Assembly (NCBI GenBank): GCA_043753995.1
Contig: JAYUVP010000249.1
Span: 1 to 64,000, forward strand
Origin: Fibrobacterota bacterium
GTDB lineage: Bacteria > Fibrobacterota > Fibrobacteria > UBA11236
Direction: 5' to 3'
Length of the DNA stretch: 64,000 nt
Under the pieces are notes generated by a model. That model saw nothing but the letters and a program-made list of their open reading frames with translations. It had not been told where the DNA came from and searched no databases. The position numbers and the translations under genes are program-made. Shown here in pieces: positions 20,721 to 31,978 of this stretch (its first letter is position 1; each line of letters opens with the position of its first letter).

Positions 20721-22252
20721 TTGAACGCGAGGCATCTCGGGCTGGGTTTATTCTGCCGTTTTGGGCGGTGCCCAGCATTGTTCTAATAATTATTGGCTCG
20801 GTATTGGGTCGCGACGCTCTTCTAGATTTCGCCGCAGACAATGTTTTCAACCGATCCATAATTCGAAGTCAAACGCGCAATGGTGAAACGCCTTTAATTT
20901 CAGGTTGGCCACGACGATCCAAATCGGTTTCTTTTGAAACGGATTCGGGCTTCACTGAATTCGATCGTCAATTGTCTCGCTTTGCCTTGCCTGATGGCCG
21001 ACCCCATGCCCTTGCCTGGGAAAACCAGACCAAGGGCAATGGTGTTTGGGTGATTCCACGCATGGAAGCGCTTATTGGCTCAAGTTTAGATGCTTCTGGA
21101 ACGACAACCTTAGGAGCCTTTGGGTTAGAAGCCTATGGTCGTGTTGCCCATGCCCTTACCTTTCATACCCAGGGTCTTGTTTATCGAGAAGAGACCAACA
21201 GCAAGCAGTTTAGCCACCAATTCGACCCCGACTATGGAGAAACCTATTCGGTCGAAAAAGGGGCGGGGGACTCATTGCTCGCGGATAGAACCTACAATCG
21301 ATACACTTATTATGCCCTTCTTGATTTGCCGTCCGACATCCTAATCAAGGCGGGCTATGAGCGCCTGCACGTTGGCCCAGGCCACTTCACATCCTTGATC
21401 GCGGCTCGCCAAACGGCTCCCTATTATTTCGTCGAGGCCCGAATCCCGTTTGCGGAATGGTTAACCGTGGACGATTACTTATTACGCATGGTAGACAGCG
21501 AGCATGTCATTCGTAAGTATGCCAATCTGCACCGCTTCGACTTTCATATTTCCAAACAGTTCAATTTTGGATTTACAGGAATAGTGATATACCAAGATCG
21601 TGATCCTGATTGGCGTTATGTCTTACCCTTGATACCTCTCGCCTTCGAAGAACAAAACAATGGGGGTTTGGACAACAGCGCAATGGCCTTTGACGCGCAA
21701 TGGAATGCTTTTCGAGGCTTCAGCCTATGGAGTCAGCTTTTTATTGATGACTTGCTTTCGCCAACCAGTTTTTTTGATGACTTCTGGGAAAACCGCTGGG
21801 CCTTTATGGCCGGTTTCCAAGTTGTTTCTCCGTGGAAAGTCTGCGATGCCGATTGGGTAGTGGAGTATACTCATGTCGAGCCATGGACTTATATCGGACG
21901 CTCGCCCCAAACCAGTTTCAAGCATTTCAATGTCCCCAGCGCGAGCCCGCTTGGGCCTGATTCTCGAACTCTCAACACACAAATTGCTTGGAGGCCCTTG
22001 GCTTGGTTGGAAGTCTCGGGCCAATACTCTTTTTCCCAAAAAGGCAAAGGAAGGCAAGCCACACTTGGGGTGATACATACGGATAGCCTCGACGGCTTAG
22101 AGAAAGAGTTTATGGGAAACGGTTCGATAACTCAAAACCACTTTGAGGGTGGTTTACGTTTTCTCGGATGGGATCGCGTTATGGTGGATTTGGGTGCCTC
22201 CTATAGTGCAGGTGAAGCACGGTGGCAGGTCGGTTTCAAGGGGGCCTGGTGA
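20717..22252 (+). CDS. Outer-membrane beta-barrel, Wzi (capsule assembly)-like
   Basis: Beta-rich; HRFDF, DNSAM, QLFIDD, VEPWTY, LGPDS motifs; terminal W; follows gmd. Confidence 0.65.
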   Translation: MIEREASRAGFILPFWAVPSIVLIIIGSVLGRDALLDFAADNVFNRSIIRSQTRNGETPLISGWPRRSKSVSFETDSGFTEFDRQLSRFALPDGRPHALAWENQTKGNGVWVIPRMEALIGSSLDASGTTTLGAFGLEAYGRVAHALTFHTQGLVYREETNSKQFSHQFDPDYGETYSVEKGAGDSLLADRTYNRYTYYALLDLPSDILIKAGYERLHVGPGHFTSLIAARQTAPYYFVEARIPFAEWLTVDDYLLRMVDSEHVIRKYANLHRFDFHISKQFNFGFTGIVIYQDRDPDWRYVLPLIPLAFEEQNNGGLDNSAMAFDAQWNAFRGFSLWSQLFIDDLLSPTSFFDDFWENRWAFMAGFQVVSPWKVCDADWVVEYTHVEPWTYIGRSPQTSFKHFNVPSASPLGPDSRTLNTQIAWRPLAWLEVSGQYSFSQKGKGRQATLGVIHTDSLDGLEKEFMGNGSITQNHFEGGLRFLGWDRVMVDLGASYSAGEARWQVGFKGAW

Positions 22253-22349
22253 AATGAATAACTCAACTCAGAGAGGCCGCTCTAAAAGCTAGAGCAAAAG
22301 ACATCCTTTCCGAGCGGATAACCAGATTACCGCAAGCTATTATGATAAA

Positions 22350-23180
22350 ATGACGACCTCCGAAACACCTGTCGAAATATTTCACTATGAAGATTATCGC
22401 ATTTATTTGAAAGATGTTCTTGCTGGTTTTAAGCGCTCTGATTCCAAGTTTTCACATCGGTTCTTCCTAAAAAAGATAGGAGCAAGTTCTTCGGGGTGGC
22501 TTGCAGACATCATTTCAGCCCGCATCACCCTGACCGACCGATATATCCCAAGAATAGCCAAAGCCTTAGGATTAGGACAACGAGAATCGGATTTCTTTGA
22601 ATCCTTGGTGCGATATAACCAATCGTCTTCTCTGGAAGAGCGCAAGTTTCATCTTGATAAATTGATAGCCTACAAAGAGATTAGCGCTGAAGTCATAGGC
22701 GCAGATCGCATGGATTTTTATAGCGAATGGTGGCATGCTGCGATTCGCGAATTATTAGCCTGCCCCAAAGTGGAGCAATCTTCCGATAAATTAGCGCTCA
22801 AATTATCGCCAAGCCTTGATAGCGAGGAAGTGGCACGCTCCCTGGAAATATTGAAAGCATTAAAACTCATCCGCAAAGACGCGCAGGGTAAATTCAAGCC
22901 GGTCAATGTGCTTCTTAGGAAGGACAAATCAAGCCCTTCCCCTCATTTGCGCAAATATCTACGGGATCTTATGGTGCTCGCCATGGAATCTTTGGAGCGA
23001 TTCCCCAAAGGGGAGAGAGATGTTTCGACCATGACCCTGGCTCTGGGAAAAGAATCCTTCGAAGAGGTGGTGTTGGATCTCAAGACTTTGCGAAAGAAAA
23101 TTCTGGAGCGTGCAGCGAATGATCCTGCACCCGAAAAAGTATTTCAATTAAACATTCAATTTTTTCCCCTGTCGAATTGA
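22350..23180 (+). CDS. TIGR02147-family protein (N-terminal HTH plus DUF4423-like domain)
   Basis: IFHYEDYRIYL..FSHRFF, FYSEWWHAAIRELL, ERDVSTMT, VFQLNIQFFPLS. Confidence 0.85.
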   Translation: MTTSETPVEIFHYEDYRIYLKDVLAGFKRSDSKFSHRFFLKKIGASSSGWLADIISARITLTDRYIPRIAKALGLGQRESDFFESLVRYNQSSSLEERKFHLDKLIAYKEISAEVIGADRMDFYSEWWHAAIRELLACPKVEQSSDKLALKLSPSLDSEEVARSLEILKALKLIRKDAQGKFKPVNVLLRKDKSSPSPHLRKYLRDLMVLAMESLERFPKGERDVSTMTLALGKESFEEVVLDLKTLRKKILERAANDPAPEKVFQLNIQFFPLSN

Positions 23181-25777
23181 GGAATACCGTGTTCTCAGCA
23201 AGATTTCTACCCGTGGCCCTTGTTTTCGCTGCAACCATTATGGTTTCATGCCTTACCGAAAACAAAAAAGACCAAGCTGGCGGCCAAGTCGTTGAAAACG
23301 AACTTGGGGTTGGACGTCTTTATTTTCAAAACGGAGAACCTGCGGCGAATGCCGAAGTTCTTGTGTATTCCGTGGGCCACATTCCTAACCCGGCACTAGG
23401 AAAAAAGTCGAATCAGCAGGAAGTTGTGGCCAAGGTGCGTACCGATTCTGAAGGACGATACCGCGTCGGAGGCGCAGATAAGGGGTTATACAATGTACTC
23501 GCCAGCAAGGATGGCTTGGTTGTATATAAAGATTCAGTATTCCTAGCCCCTGATCCGACGGCCTTGGGATCAGATACCTTACGTGCACCGGGCCAATTGG
23601 CTGGTATCGTAAGATTGCAGCCCAATCACGATCCCCGTAGCGCTACCGTACAAGTTTTGGGCACTAATAATTATTCGAACGTTGATGAGGATGGCAGATT
23701 TCAATTGGTCAATATGGCCGAAGGAAAATATTTGTTGCGCGTCATCACCACACAACCCGAATACACCCCTCTTTTTCAAGAGATACAAATTCAGTCCGGC
23801 GATTCTAATGAACTAGCCGATACATTACGCCCGGTTTTCACGGGATTGCCGATTGTTCAAGGAATCTATTCCGAATATGATACTGTAAAGGGGATAGTCA
23901 CTATTCGATGGAATAAAACGAATTATCGCAATTTGTCCGGCTATGCTATTTATCGCGCACCTGCCGGTAGTGCCGCTATTCCATTTCAAACCCTCAATAC
24001 GAATCGAATCATGGATACGATTTACCGTGATGCTACTACGTTAACCAGTGGAAGCGGGGAAATACTGGGTAATTATTTTGGCGGAGTCGATTCAGTGGGA
24101 CGATCCTGGGAATATTGGGTTGTCTCTCAAGACAAGAATGGTAGTCGTAGCGAGCCCTTTTATTCAACGGTGATTACGGCAGTCCCACCCTATCTCCAAG
24201 AGACCCAATTGCGCATTCGGTGTCTGGAATGCAAAGACAATAATAAAACGAGTATTAACGATACCTTGCATCTTGAGGTGTCTTGGAACAACCCTCTCAA
24301 ACTCAATAAACGGGTGCAATGGAGTCAGGGATCCGAGACGGTCGCCATGAGAGCGGTTGAAATAAACAGCAAGGCAGGTAAGGACACTCTTTCATTTGTG
24401 TGCGGAAAAGAACCAGAAACCATCTCAATCAAGGCGGCGGTCACTGATGAAAAGAATAGGATCTGGTCGCAGCTTTTTTGGTTGGGTGTCGAAAAAGCGG
24501 AGCCTGTAGTGAGCATCACCGCACCGAATTGGGTAATGGTGGGGAAAAGGTTTTCTCTAGTGAGTCGCATCTTTGAGCCGATTGGAAAAGTGATCAAAAG
24601 AGAGTGGGATATCGGAAACACCGGACGGTGGGTTGAAGTGTCAAGCGATACCGTTATGTTCAAGGCTCCGGATAAGCCATCCAATGAATTTATAATTCAT
24701 AATCGGGTGACCGATGATGATGGAAATGTTTCGACGGCTAGTGTGACCTTGAATATCGGCACGTCTAGAATTTTTAGTCCAAAGGGCGCGGAACCATTGA
24801 AATCGCTTCGGATTTTGCCAGTAGGTGAAAAGCTTTTGGCGTACGGAGTCACCGCTGAAGGCATTAATGTTATATACGAATATCGCCCGGACAGCGATTC
24901 CTTGGTGTTGGTAACCAAGGACAAAGCCCAGGGGATACCCTATGTTGGCGGATGGGTTCTAAACAATACGCCTTATTTTTGGGGTTTTTCGGGCGAAGCG
25001 AACAATCAACTTAGCCGGTATGTGGAAAATACCGGTAAAACGGAAGTGGTGGGGCCCACCTTGCTTGACTTCAATGCCAGGTGGGGCGAGGTTTATCAGG
25101 TTGGCAATAAACTTCATGTCTTCGCAAATACAAATAAACAGGGTTCGGTACAAAGCATTCGTGTATTTGATCCATTGAATTCATCTTGGAGCATTCAGCC
25201 GCCGCCGCCTTTTTCGCTGACAAACGGGGCGGTTGCGAATGAGGCGTTTATCTACGCACAGTCACAAAATTATCCGGATTATATTTTTACTCAAGGCGCG
25301 GGTGATAGTGCATTCAGGGCAATTGTCGTTCCTCAGGATTTTAAAAGAGTGGACAATCGCATTTTAATTCCAACCAAAACTGACCTGTTTCTGTTCATTG
25401 CCAGGTGGGAAGGTCAACTAGCCCGATTGGATCCTGTGAGTGAGGCGTGGGGGCGTTCAGAAGAAAACTTCCCCTTTGATTTCATAGAAGGTTCTCGCTA
25501 CTACACAATGAGTAGAGATAATTCGCCCGAAGGCGACTCTTTCTATTTGATAGAGCATATAGGAGGATTTTGGCCTAAACTAAATGTTTACGGATACAAT
25601 CAAAATTCAAAAAAATGGAGACAGGTGAGTTCGATCCAAACGTATCTCATTCCGGGTTATGTCGAAATCGTGGGGGCCAGGTACTGGAAGGGGTCGATTT
25701 TTGTTGAGTTTGGCCGGCCAAATGGAATTGAAAAAGACCCTCAACAAATCTGGGAATTTTCAATCTCCCCCCCTTAA
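23177..25777 (+). CDS. Lipoprotein with carboxypeptidase-regulatory-like/FN3/PKD-like domains and a Kelch-like propeller
   Basis: Lipobox MVSC; TDSEGRY and VDEDGRF repeats; EWDIG..VTDDDGN PKD-like segment; VFDPLNSSW-type repeats. Confidence 0.7.
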   Translation: MRNTVFSARFLPVALVFAATIMVSCLTENKKDQAGGQVVENELGVGRLYFQNGEPAANAEVLVYSVGHIPNPALGKKSNQQEVVAKVRTDSEGRYRVGGADKGLYNVLASKDGLVVYKDSVFLAPDPTALGSDTLRAPGQLAGIVRLQPNHDPRSATVQVLGTNNYSNVDEDGRFQLVNMAEGKYLLRVITTQPEYTPLFQEIQIQSGDSNELADTLRPVFTGLPIVQGIYSEYDTVKGIVTIRWNKTNYRNLSGYAIYRAPAGSAAIPFQTLNTNRIMDTIYRDATTLTSGSGEILGNYFGGVDSVGRSWEYWVVSQDKNGSRSEPFYSTVITAVPPYLQETQLRIRCLECKDNNKTSINDTLHLEVSWNNPLKLNKRVQWSQGSETVAMRAVEINSKAGKDTLSFVCGKEPETISIKAAVTDEKNRIWSQLFWLGVEKAEPVVSITAPNWVMVGKRFSLVSRIFEPIGKVIKREWDIGNTGRWVEVSSDTVMFKAPDKPSNEFIIHNRVTDDDGNVSTASVTLNIGTSRIFSPKGAEPLKSLRILPVGEKLLAYGVTAEGINVIYEYRPDSDSLVLVTKDKAQGIPYVGGWVLNNTPYFWGFSGEANNQLSRYVENTGKTEVVGPTLLDFNARWGEVYQVGNKLHVFANTNKQGSVQSIRVFDPLNSSWSIQPPPPFSLTNGAVANEAFIYAQSQNYPDYIFTQGAGDSAFRAIVVPQDFKRVDNRILIPTKTDLFLFIARWEGQLARLDPVSEAWGRSEENFPFDFIEGSRYYTMSRDNSPEGDSFYLIEHIGGFWPKLNVYGYNQNSKKWRQVSSIQTYLIPGYVEIVGARYWKGSIFVEFGRPNGIEKDPQQIWEFSISPP

Positions 25778-25870
25778 ATTGACGAAATTCGGTATTTTTT
25801 GAACTTTTCAGGTCAACCATAAGTGGGTGGGCCCTGTTTTTACTGGCTCCGATAAATTGGCTGAGGAGCA

Positions 25871-26740
25871 ATGGTTATTGTAAGAATTCAAGGCGGTCTG
25901 GGGAACCAGCTTTTCCAGTACGCTTTGGCCCGCAGCCTGTCCCAGCGGACGGGACAACCTTTCAAACTGGATTTTACCTCGTACGGGCATGATGAATTAC
26001 GGAAACCGGGCTTGCGATCTTTTCGAGCCTCTCTTCCTGTCGCAGGGCGCCTTGAAATTTCCAGGCTAAAGTACGGCTTGGGCGAACACTTCCTTGCCAA
26101 GTTGATGCGGAGAGAGCCGACGAAAGGTGTCGCCTTCATTCAGGAAAAGACCCATTCCTATGACGCTTCGATTTTATCCTTAAAAGACCCAGCTTACCTG
26201 GACGGCTATTGGCAATCCGAAAAGTATTTCCATGATTTTGGCGATCTCATTCGCTCTGAATTGGTATTAAGAGAAGGGCTCCCAGAGGCTTCTCGCAAGT
26301 GGGAAGAAAAGATTCGAGATTGCGAATCCATTAGCATTCACGTGCGCCGCGGAGACTATGTGGCCAATCCCGCCAATCACTCGATCTTCAGTGTATGTTC
26401 GCCTGGCTACTACTTCCGTTCCGCGGAATTGGTGGCGTCTTCCTTTCCGAACGCCCGGTTCTTCCTATTCAGCGACGATCCCAACTGGGTGCGCGAAAAC
26501 TTGGTTCCCAAGCTTGGGGGCAAGGCTGAGGTGATGGCCGTGTCTGCGGATCCGGCCCAAGATATGTACCTCATGTCGCGTTGCCGGCACAACATCATTG
26601 CCAATAGTTCCTTTTCATGGTGGGCCGCATGGCTGAATCCGAACCCGGGAAAAATCGTGGTGGCTCCCAGTGAATGGTTCAAGCAGGCAGAGCGGGAGTC
26701 ACCCGACCTGATCCCTCGTGAATGGAAACGGCTTTCATGA
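25871..26740 (+). CDS. Alpha-1,2-fucosyltransferase (GT11)
   Basis: GGLGNQLFQYA, GYWQSEKYF, HVRRGDY, FSDD, IANSSFSWWAAWL. Confidence 0.93.
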   Translation: MVIVRIQGGLGNQLFQYALARSLSQRTGQPFKLDFTSYGHDELRKPGLRSFRASLPVAGRLEISRLKYGLGEHFLAKLMRREPTKGVAFIQEKTHSYDASILSLKDPAYLDGYWQSEKYFHDFGDLIRSELVLREGLPEASRKWEEKIRDCESISIHVRRGDYVANPANHSIFSVCSPGYYFRSAELVASSFPNARFFLFSDDPNWVRENLVPKLGGKAEVMAVSADPAQDMYLMSRCRHNIIANSSFSWWAAWLNPNPGKIVVAPSEWFKQAERESPDLIPREWKRLS

Positions 26741-27681
26741 TGGGGTCCCCCAAAATTTCCGTGCTCATGCCCGTGTATAACGCGAAGGAATATTTGACCG
26801 AGGCGATGGAGAGTCTGCTGAAGCAATCTTTCGCAGATTTTGAATTGGTAATCATCGACGATTGTTCAAAAGATGGATCTGCAGAATTGGTCTCGCGGAA
26901 TTCCGATCCCCGGATCCGATTAATCAAGAATGAGCAGAACCTGGGGGTGGCGCGGACTCTCAATGTTGGGCTCAGGTTTTGCCGCGGTGAATTCATTGCC
27001 AGAATGGATGCGGATGACATTGCAGATCCTTCCCGACTCGAAAGGCAACACGACTTTTTGGTCTCCCACAAAGATATCGATGTGGTAGGAGCGGATATTA
27101 TTCGCATGGATTCTGCGGGTAATGATCTGGCGGAACAACATCGAAATCCGGACACTTGGGGTAAGCTGAAGTGGCTTATGTTTCTTAATTGCTCCATTGC
27201 CCATCCCACCATCATGGCTAGAAAAACCTTCTTCGAGAAGGTGGGAGAATATTCAATAGTAACTGGCGAAGATTTCGCGCTTTGGCACACAGCCATCGAC
27301 AAGGGCTTGCGGTTACAGAACCTACCGTTGCCTCTCCTTCGGTATCGCGTGCATGTTAAGAGTATTTCCAAAGCGCGAGTCCTCGAACATCTGGAGGCCG
27401 CTGCGGATGTGGTCCGTAATCATGTGGCAAAACGCCTAGGTTTTTCCCTAGACCGAAGCCTCGCTATGGATCATCTGCGTTTGGCCGATCAATCCATACT
27501 CTTGGGTTCGGTCGTCGCGCTGATTCCTTTCTATCTCAGGATTGCATGGGCGAGTTTTAGGGATCCCCAGACCACCCTCGGTGACACACTTTTCATTTGG
27601 CGAAGGTTGGTGAGTCGCTTATTGAAGGGTGCACTTCGCTCCCTATCCTCACGCGGACGAGCCACGGAGACCCATTCATGA
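26737..27681 (+). CDS. Glycosyltransferase family 2
   Basis: ISVLMPVYN, IDDCSKD, ARMDADD, EDFALW. Confidence 0.93.
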   Translation: MMGSPKISVLMPVYNAKEYLTEAMESLLKQSFADFELVIIDDCSKDGSAELVSRNSDPRIRLIKNEQNLGVARTLNVGLRFCRGEFIARMDADDIADPSRLERQHDFLVSHKDIDVVGADIIRMDSAGNDLAEQHRNPDTWGKLKWLMFLNCSIAHPTIMARKTFFEKVGEYSIVTGEDFALWHTAIDKGLRLQNLPLPLLRYRVHVKSISKARVLEHLEAAADVVRNHVAKRLGFSLDRSLAMDHLRLADQSILLGSVVALIPFYLRIAWASFRDPQTTLGDTLFIWRRLVSRLLKGALRSLSSRGRATETHS

Positions 27682-28637
27682 CCCAATCCAAGATGCCGGC
27701 CGAAACCGAATGGATGTTCAACCCGCGCGACTTCGGAGCCTTTCTCTGGAGAAACAAAATCCTAATCGCCGTGGCATTTATCCTTGGCGGCTTGGGCGGC
27801 TACGGTTATTCCCTTCTGCTCCCCGATAGTTATAAGGTGTCCGCGACCATCTTGCCTCAGCAGGCCCAGGAATCCCGCCTGTCCGGGGCTCTTTCCGCTC
27901 TTGGGGGGCTTGCGGGCAATATCGGTGGTGGTGGCGACGCCAGTTCCCGCGTCTATCCGGTCATTTTCAAGAGCCGTAAAATCCTTGAGCCTGCGCTTTT
28001 GGAGCGATATGAAGGCAAGACCTATCAAGACATCTTCATCGAACAATTCCGTCCGAACAAATTCCCCAAGGAAAAAATTATTGGAATTGTCCAAAAAAAG
28101 GTTTTGGATGTTTCTGTAGATAGGACTTCCGGCGTGACCACCCTCACGGTGATTTATCGAGATCCTAAGGTGGCTGCCGCTTTCGCCAATGCGCTTTTAC
28201 GGAAAATGGATCACTTCTTCAATTTTCAATATCAGACCGCAGCCAGCTTGCAGAAGAAAATGACCGAAACGCGCCTTGAATCCGTGGGAGATTCCCTGCG
28301 TATCTGTGAGAATCGGCTCGCCGAATTCCTCACCCGGAATCGTTCGTACGAACAATCCCCAAACTTGGCGATCGGTGAAATGAGGCTGCGACGCGAACTT
28401 GAGGTGCAGTCGACCCTATATAAGGAATTGCTTCGTCAGCGCGAAACCGTGAAGTTTAACGAATTGTCCATGAATCCGGTGCTCAATGTGCTGGATGAAG
28501 CCGCCCCGGCCATCGAAAAGTTCGCGCCCATACGGCGAAAAATCGCCCTCGCTGCCGGTCTTGCATCCATGATATTTGCGATGGTTGTTTTGAAATTGAT
28601 TTCCATGCTAAGAGTTCGGTCGCCGGGCGAAAAATGA
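27678..28637 (+). CDS. Wzz/GNVR-type polysaccharide chain-length regulator (co-polymerase)
   Basis: Two TMs flanking a coiled periplasmic part; DPKVAAAFAN; VLDEAAP..P before TM2. Confidence 0.8.
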   Translation: MTQSKMPAETEWMFNPRDFGAFLWRNKILIAVAFILGGLGGYGYSLLLPDSYKVSATILPQQAQESRLSGALSALGGLAGNIGGGGDASSRVYPVIFKSRKILEPALLERYEGKTYQDIFIEQFRPNKFPKEKIIGIVQKKVLDVSVDRTSGVTTLTVIYRDPKVAAAFANALLRKMDHFFNFQYQTAASLQKKMTETRLESVGDSLRICENRLAEFLTRNRSYEQSPNLAIGEMRLRRELEVQSTLYKELLRQRETVKFNELSMNPVLNVLDEAAPAIEKFAPIRRKIALAAGLASMIFAMVVLKLISMLRVRSPGEK

Positions 28638-29770
28638 AAATCGGATTCGACTCCCATGCCTTGCGGCCCCCCTTTACGGGAATCGGGAATTACTCCTGGA
28701 ACCTGATCAAGGGCCTGCGGGAGATTGATGCTACCTCCGATTTCACTTTCTTCAGCTACTACTTGCGAGGCCAGGATATCCGTGTGCCTGAGCATCCGCG
28801 CAATAAGATTCAAGTACGGCGCAAGCTGCCTTGGATGCTGATGCAAAAGGCCTGGATGGCTCTGGGCATTCCGAGCACGGAGCGTTGGTTCGGTGACTTC
28901 GATATCGTGCACGGGCTGTTTAACTTCGCTCCGCCTAGCAGGCGATCCAAGCGAGTCATCACCGTTTATGATGTCGCATTCCTCAAGTACCCTGAGAGAT
29001 TCACACCCGCCCACGCGCGGCATTTCGACCGCTCGACGGGCTATTCGGTCCGCAGTTGCGACGCCGTTATCGCCATTTCCGAGAATACCAAGCGGGATAT
29101 CGTGGATTGCTACGGCATAAGCCCTTCCAAGGTCACCGCAACACCGTTGGGGATTGACCTAGAAACCTTTCATCCCATTTTGGATGCACAAGCGCTCGAG
29201 GCCGGCAGAAAGCGCTTTGGATTGAAAGGGAAGGTCATTCTTTATATCGGAACCCTTGAACCGAGGAAGAATCTCGGCGTGCTCCTCGATGCATTCGACA
29301 CGCTCAACGCAAAATACAAAGGGGAATTCCAGCTTGTGCTGGCGGGAAAACAAGGCCACGGTATGGAGGCACTGATGCCGCGGCTGGAAAAGCTCGTGAG
29401 TGCAGGCTTGGCCTTGGTGCCGGGATACGTTTCGCAAGCGGATGCTGTTCTACTCTATAGCCTCGCCGAGGTATTCGCATACCCCAGCGTTTACGAGGGG
29501 TTTGGGTTCCCCCCGTTGGAGGCGATGGCCTCGGGTTGCCCGGTGGTGACGAGTAATACTTCTTCGTTGCCGGAAGTGGTCGGGACGGCTGGACTCACGG
29601 TAGATCCGCTGGATCCGACGGCCTTGGCGGAGGCTTTGTTACGGATTGCGACGGAACCAGAGCTGCGGCAGAAGCTCGTCATGGACGGCCTGTCGCGGGC
29701 GAAGGAGTTCACTTGGGCACGGACGGCCAGGATGACTTGGGAGCTATATCAGAGCCTGTCGTCCCGATAG
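28634..29770 (+). CDS. Glycosyltransferase family 4
   Basis: TGIGNY, GTLEPRKN, PSVYEGFGFPPLEAMASG, SSLPEV. Confidence 0.95.
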   Translation: MKIGFDSHALRPPFTGIGNYSWNLIKGLREIDATSDFTFFSYYLRGQDIRVPEHPRNKIQVRRKLPWMLMQKAWMALGIPSTERWFGDFDIVHGLFNFAPPSRRSKRVITVYDVAFLKYPERFTPAHARHFDRSTGYSVRSCDAVIAISENTKRDIVDCYGISPSKVTATPLGIDLETFHPILDAQALEAGRKRFGLKGKVILYIGTLEPRKNLGVLLDAFDTLNAKYKGEFQLVLAGKQGHGMEALMPRLEKLVSAGLALVPGYVSQADAVLLYSLAEVFAYPSVYEGFGFPPLEAMASGCPVVTSNTSSLPEVVGTAGLTVDPLDPTALAEALLRIATEPELRQKLVMDGLSRAKEFTWARTARMTWELYQSLSSR

Positions 29771-29792
29771 GGGCGCAAGTCGGAGTGATGCG

Positions 29793-30554
29793 ATGAAAAT
29801 TTCTGTTGTGATCATAACCAAAAACGAAGAGCACAATATCGGCCCCTGCCTCGACCTGCTGGACTGGGCGGACGATGTGATTGTTGTCGACTCGGAAAGC
29901 ACGGACAGGACCGTGGAAATATGCGCTACGTATCCGAATGTAAAGGCAATTGTTAAGCCGTATCGCGGCGAAGCGTCCCAGCGCAACTTCGGAATAGAAA
30001 TGGTCCAAGGGGAATGGATCCTTGTGCTCGACGCCGACGAAAGAGTCACGCCGGAGTTGCGTGCGGAATTGCTGGCTTTCCGATCAGGCCCCGCTCCGGA
30101 TATGGAAGGCTATCTCATTCCCTACAAGCACTTCATCGGGGGCCGATGGATGAGTCATGGAGACTATTATCCCGATCCCAAGCTGCGTTTCATCCGCCGC
30201 GATCAACGCTTTACTAAAGAGATGCATGCCTATGTACCTGCGACGCGCATTGGTCATTTCCAGGGCGGCCTCATTCACTATACCTACAAGAATCTTGAGG
30301 ACGCTCTAACCAAAATCAACCGGTATACCTCGGTTGAGGCTGGTATCCTTAAAGACGCCTTTACATTCAAGTGGTATACGTGGCTGCGGCCATTCTATTA
30401 CTTCTTCAAAGTGTATGTTCTCCTTGGCGCCTATAAAAACGGTCCTGTGGGCCTGATGAGTTCGTTCCTTCGCCTCTACAACAACTTCTCGCTCTACTAC
30501 AAAATTTGGGAACTACAAAAGGGCTTGAAAGTGACGGATCATGGAAATCCGTAG
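29793..30554 (+). CDS. Glycosyltransferase family 2 (beta-1,4-glucosyltransferase-like)
   Basis: ITKNEE, VVDSESTDRT, QRNFG, LDADER, KINRYT. Confidence 0.92.
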   Translation: MKISVVIITKNEEHNIGPCLDLLDWADDVIVVDSESTDRTVEICATYPNVKAIVKPYRGEASQRNFGIEMVQGEWILVLDADERVTPELRAELLAFRSGPAPDMEGYLIPYKHFIGGRWMSHGDYYPDPKLRFIRRDQRFTKEMHAYVPATRIGHFQGGLIHYTYKNLEDALTKINRYTSVEAGILKDAFTFKWYTWLRPFYYFFKVYVLLGAYKNGPVGLMSSFLRLYNNFSLYYKIWELQKGLKVTDHGNP

Positions 30555-30583
30555 GCAGGAAAATTTACAGGTAGCTGTCTGAG

Positions 30584-31978
30584 ATGTTGGCCTTAGCAAT
30601 CTTGCTTTCCTTGCCTGTTGCCGCCGTGGTGCTGCTTACCGGCGGCTTCCGCTGGAAGTTTCTGGCGTTATTCGCCATGATTATCACCTTTCAAAACCTG
30701 GCGACCATGGTGTTGCTTAAGAGCGGGGCGGTGGGAATTCGCGAGGGCATGCTCCTGTTGTATGTCAAGGAAGTGGTGTTGGCGTTAGCCTTGACGATTG
30801 AATTCATTCGCAGAGTTCTCTCAGGTCGTATTTCCATCGACAAGACCGACATGCTATGTGGTGTTTACCTGCTTTACTGCATTTTCCATTTCGCATTCCT
30901 GAGCGGCGAGATTCCCTTGGGTTTTCGATTGGCGGGATTCCGCGCCTTGGCGATTCTTCCTTGCATCTACCTCTTGGGGAGGTGGGTTTTTCGGAGGGGC
31001 GAGGAAGGCATATCCCTCCGGTTCGGTCGCCTTTACCTAGGTGTGGCGATGGCAGTAGCGGTGGTGGGCATCGCGGAATTTTTTTTCGCGCCGGACTCAT
31101 TCTGGATCGCAATAGGGCAGCCCGAATTTTACATGATGAAGGTGGGATTCGAAGGGGATGACGGATCTCTATATGGAAACATGTATGCCAGTTTCGGGGA
31201 TTTTTTCTTGCGGCGCGCAGCGTCCCTGATCGCGGATCCCATTATGTCTACGTACTTCATCGTATTCGGGATGTTTGTCTTCACCTTTGTGAAACCGACT
31301 TCGCGCTTGAAATGGCTGGTGCTTTGCATGGGCGCGGCGGTATGCATGGGCCGGAGCGCCATCCTGACCTTTTTCGCGGGAGTGACCGAGTTTTATCTGC
31401 ACAAGCGCCGCATTATTCCCTTCGGATGGTTCTCCATCCTGGCGGTTGTGGCTCTAGTGGCTATTCCATTACTACCGGTGCCGACGGAGACCTTGGTGAA
31501 CTATTTGGGAACGCATTACAAAGGTCTTGCGAATGCGATGGAAATTGTCAAGGAAAAGCCTCTGGGAAGCGGCATCGGCAGTGCTTCTAACCTCGTCGCG
31601 TCTCTCCTCAGCGCATTGGGAGAAGAGGCATCCGATATGGCCGTAGGCGATACCTTTATCGGATCCTTGGTTGCACAAATCGGCCTGCCCGGGCTGGGAC
31701 TATTTCTCGCCTTCAATTTCAGCCTTGCCTCACGGCTCCTAGCCATGGCCGACTGGGATCAAGGATCCTTTCGCCCGATTTCGATTTATTACCGGGCAAC
31801 GGCGGTTTTTACAATGGGGGTTACAGTCTTGAGCGCTATCAATGAAAGCGGATATGGCTTTATTTCCGGGGGGATGGGTTTTTTGCTGGCAGGACTTCTG
31901 ACCTCGGAATTCTATACGCGGATTGTTCCCGCTTCGGTTAAAGAGGATCACCTAGAACTTCGGGCGGTACTCCCATGA
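30584..31978 (+). CDS. Multi-pass membrane protein, probable Wzy polymerase/O-antigen ligase family
   Basis: About ten or more TMs; RAAS..DP, GRSA, PLGSGIG, QIGLPGL; lies within a GT operon. Confidence 0.7.
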   Translation: MLALAILLSLPVAAVVLLTGGFRWKFLALFAMIITFQNLATMVLLKSGAVGIREGMLLLYVKEVVLALALTIEFIRRVLSGRISIDKTDMLCGVYLLYCIFHFAFLSGEIPLGFRLAGFRALAILPCIYLLGRWVFRRGEEGISLRFGRLYLGVAMAVAVVGIAEFFFAPDSFWIAIGQPEFYMMKVGFEGDDGSLYGNMYASFGDFFLRRAASLIADPIMSTYFIVFGMFVFTFVKPTSRLKWLVLCMGAAVCMGRSAILTFFAGVTEFYLHKRRIIPFGWFSILAVVALVAIPLLPVPTETLVNYLGTHYKGLANAMEIVKEKPLGSGIGSASNLVASLLSALGEEASDMAVGDTFIGSLVAQIGLPGLGLFLAFNFSLASRLLAMADWDQGSFRPISIYYRATAVFTMGVTVLSAINESGYGFISGGMGFLLAGLLTSEFYTRIVPASVKEDHLELRAVLP